Under the pieces are notes generated by a model. It saw nothing but the letters and a program-made list of their open reading frames with translations. It was not told the DNA's origin and made no database searches. From Betaproteobacteria bacterium (GTDB taxonomy: Bacteria; Pseudomonadota; Gammaproteobacteria; Burkholderiales; Burkholderiaceae_C): a DNA stretch of 26,781 bases. Below, piece after piece: positions 1-10,600 of the stretch. The stretch lies in assembly GCA_005884255.1 (NCBI GenBank), contig VBDL01000058.1, positions 1 to 26,781 of the forward strand. The letters are read 5' to 3'. The position numbers and the translations under genes were made by a program. Positions within the stretch are counted from its first letter, which is position 1. Every line of letters starts with the position of its first letter.

Positions 1-1540
1 CGTTGCCGATCCGCTTGCTCACGACCGTGTGGTACGGGGTCGCGTTGATGAAGACGATGGGCAGTTCATCGGTCACGATCTTTTGAAAGGCGGCGTAGTC
101 CGACTTGCGCTTGGCCGGATCGAGTTCGCTGCCCGCAGCGTTCAGCAACTGGTCGACCTTGGGGTTGCGGTACGACTGCGTGTTGGTCCAGACGAGCGGC
201 TTGATGTTGGTCGACAGGTAGGTGCGGGCCACGCCGATGACCGGGTCGCCCCAGTTGAAGACGCTGTCCATGGACATGTCGAAATCGTGCGTGGCCATTC
301 GCTTGGCCCATGCGGGAAAGTCCGCCGAGGCGCGCAGCTCGATCGTGATGCCGACCTTCTTGAGCTGCGAGCGCAGATATTCCGCAACGTTCTTCTGCTG
401 CTCATCGACACCAGGCAGGTAGTCCATCGTCAGCTTGAACCGTTCGCCGCCGGCACCCGCCTTGTAGCCCGCTGCATCCAGCATCGCCGTCGCCTTCTTC
501 AGGTCGAACGGATAGCGGACCAGGTCGTCCGATGCGAACGGACTACCCGCGATGATCGGCCCGTCCGCTGCAGCCGCAAAGCCGCCCATCATGGCCTTGG
601 TGATGAAGCTCTTGTCGATCGCGGTGGCGATGGCCTTGCGTACCACCACGTCTGACAAGGGCTTGCGGGTCAGGTTGAATGCCAGCCAGTTGAGGGCGCC
701 GGCACCTTCATAACCCTTGGCGAAGCGCATCAACTTCGGGTCGTTGCCGAGCCGCCGCAGGTCCGAGGCGCCCGATACGAACGGCAGCATCTGAATGTCG
801 CCGCGCTCCATGCCGAGCACCAGGCTGGCGTTGTCGGGCGTCACGCTGATGACCACCTTGTCCAGGTAGGGCTTGCCAGCAAGGAAGAACTTGTCGAAGC
901 GCTCCATCACGATGCGCTCGCCGGGCTTGAATTCGACCAGCTTGAACGGGCCCGAGCCGACCACGTCGGTGCTGTTGCGCGGGTGGGTCTTCAGGTCCTG
1001 GCCATCGCCGTAGATGTGCTTGGGTAGGATCGGGCACAGCGCCGGGCTCATCGCGAGCACGATCGCCGGGTGCGGCACGTTCATGCGGATGATCGCGGTG
1101 TGCGGGTCGGGCGTGTCGACCTTCTCGACCGGGCCCATCATGGTCGTGAACGGGTGGTTGGCCTTGATCGCCATGATCGAGAATGCCACGTCTTCCGAGG
1201 TGATCGGCTTGCCGTCGTGGAACACCGCGTTCTTGCGCAGGTTCAAGGTCAGGCTCTTGCCGTCGGAGGCGAGCTTCCAGCTTTCGGCGAGGTACGGCTG
1301 CGGGTTCCACTTGTCATCGAAGCGCAGCGGGCTGGCGAAAAGCTGGGCTCCCGGCATCGCGGTGGAGAATCCGGACTGCACCGCGCCGTTCAGGTTGCGG
1401 GCAACCTGGGTGCTGCCGACGACCAGGGTGCCGCCCGGTTTGATGGTCTGGCCTACTGCGTACGGCGCGGTCATGACCACCGATGCGAGCAGCATTGCAC
1501 CGATCAGCATGCGCCGACGACCAGGGCCTGAATTCATCAT
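1..1540 (-). CDS. ABC transporter substrate-binding protein, family 5 (Dpp/Opp type); paralog of 10601-12193; 3' end cut by the window edge
   Basis: Translated by hand because it is absent from the ORF track (no stop inside the window). GGAAGAGG SD, then ATG at 1540: MMNSGPGRRRMLIGAMLLASVVMTAPYAVGQTIKPGGTLVVGSTQ...PYLAESW...LRKNAVFHDGKPITSEDV...VGSGPFKL. Open down to base 2 and colinear with the 10.6-12.2 kb protein; about 18 aa are missing. Confidence 0.95.
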   Translation of the reverse strand, partial: MMNSGPGRRRMLIGAMLLASVVMTAPYAVGQTIKPGGTLVVGSTQVARNLNGAVQSGFSTAMPGAQLFASPLRFDDKWNPQPYLAESWKLASDGKSLTLNLRKNAVFHDGKPITSEDVAFSIMAIKANHPFTTMMGPVEKVDTPDPHTAIIRMNVPHPAIVLAMSPALCPILPKHIYGDGQDLKTHPRNSTDVVGSGPFKLVEFKPGERIVMERFDKFFLAGKPYLDKVVISVTPDNASLVLGMERGDIQMLPFVSGASDLRRLGNDPKLMRFAKGYEGAGALNWLAFNLTRKPLSDVVVRKAIATAIDKSFITKAMMGGFAAAADGPIIAGSPFASDDLVRYPFDLKKATAMLDAAGYKAGAGGERFKLTMDYLPGVDEQQKNVAEYLRSQLKKVGITIELRASADFPAWAKRMATHDFDMSMDSVFNWGDPVIGVARTYLSTNIKPLVWTNTQSYRNPKVDQLLNAAGSELDPAKRKSDYAAFQKIVTDELPIVFINATPYHTVVSKRIGN

Positions 1541-1665
1541 GTCGACCTCTTCCAAAGGCGCGGGGCGCGCGGATCGGCGGCCCTCCCGCAACGACCCTGT
1601 TCCCGCATACAGCCAACGATAGATGGCGCGGGCGCGTGCGGCCAGAGGATCGCAAGCCATAGAGG

Positions 1666-1685
1666 CCATAACAGTGGCGTTATGG
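1666..1685. promoter_or_regulatory. Perfect 7-bp inverted repeat CCATAAC-N6-GTTATGG; candidate operator upstream of the SBP paralog
   Basis: Seen directly. It lies about 55 bp upstream of a -10-like TATCGT (minus strand, 1616-1621). AT-rich stem with no U-tract, so it looks more like an operator than a terminator. Confidence 0.45.
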
Positions 1686-2622
1686 GCGGGCTCACGCGCC
1701 GGACTGGGCAGCGAGTTTGCGCGCGGCGCACAGCATCTCGTTGCGCAACCACACCAGCGCGCGGTGCTGGTGGGTTCGCTCATGCCAGACGAGCCGATAC
1801 CGCAGCGGCCCGACTTGAGCCGGGAACGGCAGCACAACGAGTGGGAACCGCGCTGCGACGCAGCGGCCGAAGAGGCTGCCCGTCGTCAACACCAGGTCGG
1901 ATTCGAGAAGCATCTCGGGCATGAGCCCGAAGTATTGGGTTCGCACCACCGTGTCCAGCGACACGCCGTGTCGGACCAGCAGGGTGTCGATCAGGTCGCC
2001 CGACTGCGTGGATTGCTCGAGGGCCGAAAGATGCCGGGCGCGCGCGTAGCTGTCGAGCGTCAGGCGCTCGCGCGTGAGTGGGTGGCCTTTGCGCACGATG
2101 CAGACAATGTCGTCATTGAGCAGCTTCGAGGCCCTGAAATGACCGGGCAGTTCCGGCCAGGCGACGATCGCGAGGTCGATGTCACCGTCGCTGAGCTGGC
2201 GCAGATACGCAGAGTCCTGTGGGATGCCGCGCCAGACGATGCGCGAACCCGGCGAGGCCCGCAGGACCCGACCGACCACATCGGCGTAGAAGGCGCTGGG
2301 CAGGAAGTCGTACGAGGCGACCCGAAAGTTGTGGCTCGCGGACTCCGGGGTGAACTCGCCGCCGCTGCGCGAGAGTTGCGACAGGTCGTTGAGGATTCTG
2401 CGTGTCGGCTCGGTCAGCGATTCGCCGCGCTGGGTCAGGACCATCCTGTTGCCGACGCGGACGAGCAGCTGGTCTCCGGTGAGTTCACGCAGCGCCTTGA
2501 GCTGGCGGCTCATCGCGGGCTGTTGGATGCCCAGCTTCAGCGCCGCGCGAGAAACCGCCGTCTCGGTGAGCAGCGCGTGCAGCGCCCGTATCAGCGCCTC
2601 GTCGAGCCGACGCGGCAAGTCG

Positions 2623-3586
<964 letters not shown>

Positions 3587-3605
3587 CGATCGCCGCGCGG
3601 GCCGT

Positions 3606-5197
3606 TCACGCGCCGCGCGCCTCGAAGACACGACCGGACAACACCGTGCCCCAGACTCGCGCGTCCTTCAGGCGCAGGGGGTCGAGGACGAGCGGGTCGT
3701 CGTCGAGCACGCAGAAGTCGGCGCGCTTGCCGCACTCGATGCTGCCGATCTCGTGGTCCAGCTTCAGCGTCCACGCCGCACCCAGGGTGATCGCGTGCAG
3801 CGCCTGCGGGACCGTCAGGCGTTCCGCTTCGCCCAGCACCCGCCCGGACGGCGTGATGCGGTTGACCGCGCACCAGGCGGTGAACAGCGGCCCGAGCGGC
3901 GTGACCGGCGCGTCGGAATGGATGGCGAGCGGCACGCCGGCGTCGAGTGCGCTGCGGCAGGCGTTGAGCCGCTGCGCGCGGTCGGGGCCCATGGTCATCT
4001 CCCAGTGCTGGTCGCCCCAGTACCAGAGGTGGTTGGCGAACAGGTTGACGCTCAGGCCCAGTGCCGCCATGCGGCGAAACATCGGCGCGTCGATCAGTCG
4101 AGCGCCACCTCGCTCGCCTCGTCGCCGTTGGTGTGGGTGTGGATGGTCAGGCCGGCGCGGTGGTAGGTTTCGAAGTCGGCCTCGAATTGCGCAGGTGCGG
4201 TGACCCAGATGCCGTTGTCCGCGCCGTTGAAGTAGCCGGGCCAGCGCAGGCGCGCCGAGAAGCCCTGGATCGACCCGTCGAGCATCAGCTTCACGAGGCC
4301 GTAGCGCAGGCGGTCGGTGTTGCGCTTCATCAGCGAACGCACATGCTCCGCGCCCTCCTGCGCGCCCAGCGGGCCGTGGAAGGCCTGGAACGCGGGCAGG
4401 ATGCGCACGCCGAAGCCGTCGTCGCTGCAGGCGCGCTCGAGCACCGCGCAGTCGTCCTCGGTCAGCTTGTTGACGAGGTCGGTGGCGGTGGTCACGCCCT
4501 GCAGGCAGGCAATCGATGCGAAGCCGCGCATGCCGGCATCGTCCATCGGCGCCAGCAGGCCGGCGTTGCCGATCTTGCGCATCACCGGGAACATCGCGGC
4601 CGGCTCCTGCAGTTCGCCGTTGGGCTCGCCGTTGGCGAACTTCACCACGCCCTCGATCTCGGTGTCGCGCGTGATGCCCGCCTCGCGCAGCATGGGGCGG
4701 TTGACGTTCATCAGGTGGCCGTTGGCATGCGCGATGACGATGGGCCGCGTGGCCGACGCGCGGTCGAGATGCTCGACCGTCATGCGTTCGCTGCCGAAGT
4801 AGATCGGGTCGAAGCCCCAGGCGATCAGCGGCTCGGAGGCCGGCTTGCCTTGCGCCGTCATCTGCGCGTCGATCTCGCGCAGGCGCGCCACCACCGCGTC
4901 CATCGAGCGCAGCCCCGGCCAGGTCCGGCCCTCGGGGTCGCGGCGGTCGAACCAGCCGAGGTAGGGCCAGACCCACATGCCGCCCTCCTTCAGGTGGCAA
5001 TGGCCTTCGACCAGGCCCGGCATCAGCACCTTGTCGGCGAAGCGCGCGTCGAGCTCGAAGGCGCCCCAGGCCTTCATGCGCTCCAGGTCGCCCACCGCGA
5101 GCACGCGGCCCTCGCGCACCGCGACGTGCGTGGCCTCGGGCTGCATGGGGTTCATCGTGATGATCTTGCGCGCCTGATAGACGGTGGTCGGGGTCAT
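3606..5197 (-). pseudogene. naaS: Amidohydrolase-3 (YtcJ-like) metal-dependent hydrolase, N-acetyltaurine amidohydrolase-like; internal deletion and frameshift near 4095
   Basis: Start at 5197: MTPTTVYQARKIITMNP...PGLVEGHCH...KLMLDGSIQG...HTNGDEASEVALD*. Continues in another frame as LIDAPMFRRM...HSDAPVTP...GSIECGKRADF. Sits next to COG0523 and LysR genes as in naa clusters. Symbol is contextual. Confidence 0.8.
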
Positions 5198-5219
5198 GAG
5201 CTTGGGTGGTGGAGGAAGA

Positions 5220-5342
5220 TCAGTCGCGTCCTGCCTGCATGAGCAGCATGCCGGCCAGCACGCAGCCCACGCCGGCGAGCCGCGCGAGCGACACGGGCTT
5301 GACCGGAAAGCCGAGCAGGCCGAGTAGCAGCGATGGCGCCAT
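5220..5342 (-). pseudogene. 40-codon remnant of a DMT-family (YdcZ/DUF606-like) membrane transporter
   Basis: Translated by hand: MAPSLLLGLLGFPVKPVSLARLAGVGCVLAGMLLMQAGRD*. The GLLGFPVKPVSLARLAG...LL segment resembles the C-terminal helix of YdcZ-type proteins. It fills the gap between two operon genes. Confidence 0.6.
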
Positions 5343-5346
5343 GGGT

Positions 5347-6549
5347 TCAGTCCAGCGCAGGCAGCTTGGCGCTGCCGTCGCGCGCGACGACGCGGCCGCG
5401 CTTGATGACCCAGCGCCGCAGCGGGTGCATGGCGACGGCCTCGGCGGCGTTCTCCGCCTGCACGACGACGAGGTCCGCGGCGCATCCCACGTCGAGACCG
5501 TAGCCCTCGGCGCCCATCACCTGTGCGCCGCCGTGCGTCGCCATCGTCAGCGCCAGCTCCAGCCCGGCATCGTCGCGAAAGCCGCTGAGGTAGGCCAGCA
5601 GATAGGCGCGCTCCAGCATGTCGCCGGTGTTGAGCGGGCTCCAGCAGTCGCGCACGCCGTCGGAGCCGGTGAACAGCCGCACGCCGCGCTCGGCCAGCAG
5701 CCGGATCGGCGGGAACGGGGTGCCGCCCGAGGGCGCGTGCGTCATCACGGCGATGTCGTTGTCGCGCAGCAGCGCGACGATGGCGTCCAGCCGCGCCGGC
5801 TCCAGCATGCCGAGGCAGAACGCATGGCTCAGCGCCACGCGGCCGGCGAGGCCCAGCGCGCGCGTGCGTTCGGCGATCATCTCGATCGTGGCCGCGCCGG
5901 TCTCGCCGCGGTCGTGCAGGTGGATGTCGATGCCGCAGCCGCGCCGCTCGGCGATCGCGAAGATGGCGTTGAGCTGGCCATGCGGGTCGTTGTCGACGCC
6001 GATCGGGTCCAGCCCGCCGATGACCTGCGCGCCGTCGAGCGCCGCCTGGTCCAGCAGGTCCAGCGTGCCCGGTTGGCGCATCACACCGGTCTGCGGAAAG
6101 GCGACGATCTGCACGTCGATGAACTCGCGGTGCGCCTCGCACATCGCCTGGACGCCGTGCAGGTGGGCGAGCTGCATGTCGGGCCCGACATCGACATGGG
6201 TGCGCACATGCGTCGTGCCGCGCGCCACCAGGTGGCGCAGCAGCCGCGCGCTCTGCCGCTGCGGTGACAGGCCCAGTTCGCCGAGCACGCGCCGCTCGTT
6301 GTCGATGCGCTCGAGCAGCGTGGGGCCGGCCCGGTGCGAATGCCACGGCGTGCCCCACAGGGTCTTGTCGAGATGCGCATGGCCGTCGACCAGGCCCGGC
6401 ATGACGAGGCAGCCGCGTGCCTCGAGCGTGTCGCTGCCGGCGTGCGCCGGCAGCTCGCGTCCGATGGCGGCGATGCGCCCGCCGGCGATCGCGATGTCGG
6501 CCACCGGTCCTTGCCACAGGCGCGCGCCGCGAACGATCAGCCCGTCCAT
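5347..6549 (-). CDS. Cytosine-deaminase (CodA)-like metal-dependent amidohydrolase/deaminase
   Basis: PGLVDGHAHLDKT (HxH), RTHVD, QIVAFPQ, HLHD, SHAFCLG and GSDGVRD motifs; 400 aa; appears intact. Confidence 0.88.
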   Translation of the reverse strand: MDGLIVRGARLWQGPVADIAIAGGRIAAIGRELPAHAGSDTLEARGCLVMPGLVDGHAHLDKTLWGTPWHSHRAGPTLLERIDNERRVLGELGLSPQRQSARLLRHLVARGTTHVRTHVDVGPDMQLAHLHGVQAMCEAHREFIDVQIVAFPQTGVMRQPGTLDLLDQAALDGAQVIGGLDPIGVDNDPHGQLNAIFAIAERRGCGIDIHLHDRGETGAATIEMIAERTRALGLAGRVALSHAFCLGMLEPARLDAIVALLRDNDIAVMTHAPSGGTPFPPIRLLAERGVRLFTGSDGVRDCWSPLNTGDMLERAYLLAYLSGFRDDAGLELALTMATHGGAQVMGAEGYGLDVGCAADLVVVQAENAAEAVAMHPLRRWVIKRGRVVARDGSAKLPALD

Positions 6550-6553
6550 GGCC

Positions 6554-7576
6554 TCAGGCGGCCAGTGCCGGCAGCAGCGGGCGCGCCACGCCGTCGACGA
6601 CGTCGATGCGGCGGCAGCGCACCCAGTGGCCGGGCTCGACTTCGCGCAGCGGCGGCAGCTCGGCCGAGCAGGCGGGCTCGGCCATCGGGCAGCGGCCGGC
6701 GAAGCGGCAGCCCGGCGGCGGCGCGATCGGGCTCGGCGGATCGCCCACCAGCCGGATGCGCTGCGCCGCGCGCATGCGCCCGCCCTTGACCGTCGGCACG
6801 GCCGACATCAGCGCGACGCTGTACGGATGCAGGGGCTGCGCGAAGAACACGCGGCGCGGCGCGCGCTCGACGATCTGGCCGAGGTACATCACGGCGATCT
6901 CGTCGCACAGGTGCTCCACCACCGCCATGTCGTGCGAGATGAACAGGTAGGTCAGCCCGAGCTCGCGCTGCAGCCGGGCGAGCAGGTTGAGGATCTGGGC
7001 GCGGATGGCCACATCGAGCGCCGACACCGGCTCGTCGCACACCACCAGCTCGGGGTGGGTCGCGAGGGCGCGTGCGATGTTGATGCGCTGGCGCTGCCCG
7101 CCGGAGAACTGGTGCGGGAACAGCTGGCGCTGCTCGGGGCGCAAGCCCACCGCGCAGAACAGCTCGGCGACACGCTCCTCGCGCTGCGCCGGCGTGCCGA
7201 TGGCCATCAGGTCCAGCGGCGCGCGCACCGTGTCGCCGGCGCGCTGGCGCGGGTTGAGCGAGGAGAACGGATCCTGGAACACGATCTGCACGCGGCGCCG
7301 CGCCTGCCGTAGCGCCTCGCCCTCGAGCTGGTCGAGCGCGGTGTCGCCGAGCCGGATGCTGCCCGACGTCACCGGCCCCAGGCGCATGACCGACAGCGCC
7401 GTGGTCGTCTTGCCGGAGCCCGACTCGCCGACGATGGCGAGCGTGCTGCCGCGCGCCACGTCGAAGGACACGCCGTCCACCGCCTTCACCACCTCGGGCG
7501 GGCGGAACCAGCCGGCGCCGGCGCGAGGGAAGTGCACCTTGAGGTCGCGCACCGACAACAAGTTCTGCGTGTTCAT
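6554..7576 (-). CDS. Dpp/Opp-type ABC ATP-binding subunit (DppF-like)
   Basis: [24 protein letters not shown] and a Cys-rich oligo_HPY tail. The family-like N-terminus starts at ATG 7576 ([12 protein letters not shown]); an alternative start is 7636. Confidence 0.95.
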   Translation of the reverse strand: MNTQNLLSVRDLKVHFPRAGAGWFRPPEVVKAVDGVSFDVARGSTLAIVGESGSGKTTTALSVMRLGPVTSGSIRLGDTALDQLEGEALRQARRRVQIVFQDPFSSLNPRQRAGDTVRAPLDLMAIGTPAQREERVAELFCAVGLRPEQRQLFPHQFSGGQRQRINIARALATHPELVVCDEPVSALDVAIRAQILNLLARLQRELGLTYLFISHDMAVVEHLCDEIAVMYLGQIVERAPRRVFFAQPLHPYSVALMSAVPTVKGGRMRAAQRIRLVGDPPSPIAPPPGCRFAGRCPMAEPACSAELPPLREVEPGHWVRCRRIDVVDGVARPLLPALAA

Positions 7577-7632
7577 TGGGCATCCTTCGTGCTGCGCACT
7601 CCGGAATTCGCACTTGGGGCGGCCCAGCGTGC

Positions 7633-7636
<4 letters not shown>
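7573..7636 (-). repeat. Short ATGA-bounded intergenic element (60-nt unit), in frame with the downstream ATPase
   Basis: ATGA-GCACGCTGGGCCGCCCCAAGTGCGAATTCCGGAGTGCGCAGCACGAAGGATGCCCA-ATGA. It resembles a small Burkholderiales repeat that I recall encoding MSxPGRPKGExRSAQHEG-like N-termini (recall, not searched). Confidence 0.5.
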
Positions 7637-8663
<1,027 letters not shown>

Positions 8664-8664
<1 letters not shown>

Positions 8665-9605
8665 CAGCGTTCCCTCAGCTTCGGATTCAGGGCGTCGTTC
8701 AATCCGTCGCCGATCAGGCTGACGGCGAGCACGGTGACGAAGATCGCCGCGCCGGGGAAGGCCACGGCCCACCAGGTGCTCAGCACGTACTGGCGGCTCG
8801 AGCCGATCATCAGCCCCCAGCTCATCTGGTTCGGGTCGCCCAGGCCGAGGAAGGACAGCCCCGCCTCGAACAGGATGGCGGCGCCCACCGCGAGCGTGGC
8901 CGACACGACCAGCGGCGGTAGCGCGTTGGGCAGGATGACTTTCCAGATCAGCCGGGCGTCGCGCGCGCCGATGCTGCGCTCGGCGCGCACGAACTCGAGG
9001 TCGCGAAAACGCATGAACTCGGCGCGCGTGAGTCGCGCGGTGCCGGTCCAGCTCACCACGCCGATCGCCAGCGTGACGGTGACGAGCGTCGGCGAGAACA
9101 GCGTAACGACGACCATCGCGAACAGCAGCGCCGGCAGCACCTGGAAGAACTCGGTCACGCGCATCAGCAGCTTGTCGACAGGCCCGCCGTAGAAGCCGGC
9201 CAGCGCGCCGACCGAGATGCCGATCAGCACCGACAGCAGGGCGGCCACCGCGCCGACGAGCAGCGTCGCGCGGCCGCCGTAGATCAGCGTGGTGAGCACG
9301 TCGCGGCCGAGGTAGTCGGTGCCGAGCCAGGCGTCCTCGTTCAGCGGCGGCGTCATTGGCGCGGCGCGGATCTCGAAGGGGTCGGCCGGGTACAGCCACG
9401 GACCGGCGATGGCGACGAGCAGCACGGCGGCCAGCATCAGCATGCCGGCGATCGCCGAGGGGTTGCGCGCGAACATGCGCAGCGCTTCGACGGTGGGGTT
9501 CTCGACCTTGACCGGAGGGGCAGGTTCGATGGCCGCAAGCGGCACGCCGGCGGGCACCGCGCGCAGCGGCGGCGTGCGACGGGGAATGGGCACAGGCTGG
9601 CTCAT
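8664..9605 (-). CDS. Dpp/Opp-type ABC permease (DppC-like)
   Basis: ATG 9605 in an ATGA overlap. LGTDYLGRD motif, EAA loop (FVRAERSIGA) and EAGLSFLGLG. Confidence 0.95.
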
Positions 9606-10579
9606 GATGTCTTGATCCGAGGATCGATCAGGCGATAGCACAGGTCGGTGAGCTGGTTCATCACGACGACGACGATCGACGAGAACAGCAGCACGCCCAG
9701 CACGCTCGGGTAGTCGCGGCGCAGCACCGCTTCGAAGGCGAGGCGGCCGAGACCCGGCCAGTTGAACACCGTCTCGACGAGGATCGCGCCGGCCATCACG
9801 TTGCCGAACTGCAGCCCGAGGATGGTGACCACCGGCAGCACCGCGTTGCGCAGCGCGTGCTTGTAGAGCACGACGCGGTTGGACAGCCCCTTGGCACGCG
9901 CGGTGCGGATGTAGTCGGCGCCCAGCACGTCGAGCATCGAGGCGCGCGCGAGGCGGCTGTACTGGGCCAGGTAGACGAGCCCCAGCGTCAGGGCGGGCAG
10001 CACCAGATGGTGCAGCACGTCGAGCATGTCGCGCGCGCCGCCGCCGCCGGTGGCATCGATCGATCGCAGGCCCGAGACCGGAAAGATCGGCCACACCGAG
10101 GCAAGCAGGATGACCAGCATGATCCCGGTCCAGAACACCGGTGCGGCGAAGCCCACCAGCGACAGCACGGTGATCGTCTGCGACAGCAGGCCGTTGGGCT
10201 TGCGGGCCGACAGCACGCCGAGCGTGGTGCCGATCACGAAGGCCGCGAGCACCGCGCTCACCACCAGCAGCAGAGTCGCCGGGATGCGCTCGGCGATGAG
10301 CCCGGCCACCGGCAGGTTGAAGAAGTACGAGAAGCCGAGGTCGCCCTGCACGATCTTCCCGAGATAGATGCCCAGCTGCACCGGCAGCGGCTGGTCCAGC
10401 CCGTACTGCGAGCGCAGTTGCGCTTTCAGCTCATCGCTCATGCCGCCGCTGGCGCCGGCGATGGTTTCCACCGGGTCGCCCGGCGCGGCATGCACCAGCA
10501 GGAAGTTGAGGACCACCACCGCCAGCACCAGGGCCAGACCCTGGAGCAGGCGCGACAGCAGCGTGCGTGTCATGTTCAT
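9602..10579 (-). CDS. Dpp/Opp-type ABC permease (DppB-like)
   Basis: HAAPGDP, YGLDQP, DYIRTARAKGL (EAA loop), VETVFNWPGLG and RRDYP motifs. Confidence 0.96.
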   Translation of the reverse strand: MNMTRTLLSRLLQGLALVLAVVVLNFLLVHAAPGDPVETIAGASGGMSDELKAQLRSQYGLDQPLPVQLGIYLGKIVQGDLGFSYFFNLPVAGLIAERIPATLLLVVSAVLAAFVIGTTLGVLSARKPNGLLSQTITVLSLVGFAAPVFWTGIMLVILLASVWPIFPVSGLRSIDATGGGGARDMLDVLHHLVLPALTLGLVYLAQYSRLARASMLDVLGADYIRTARAKGLSNRVVLYKHALRNAVLPVVTILGLQFGNVMAGAILVETVFNWPGLGRLAFEAVLRRDYPSVLGVLLFSSIVVVVMNQLTDLCYRLIDPRIKTS

Positions 10580-10600
10580 CGTGGGCCATCCCGCCGGCGG

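Noticed and set aside
1636-1669. Possible fourth TauR box pair upstream of the left SBP (ATGGCCTCTA / CTGGCCGCAC)
   Set aside because: Spacing is 24 rather than 23, and the distance to the -10 hexamer is 24 rather than 30, so it is out of register with the three consistent promoters.
4094-6517. 807-aa ORF that looks like a large fusion protein
   Set aside because: The first 440 codons are an off-frame, Arg/Ala-rich read through the CodA-like gene and the DMT remnant. The real protein starts at 5197.
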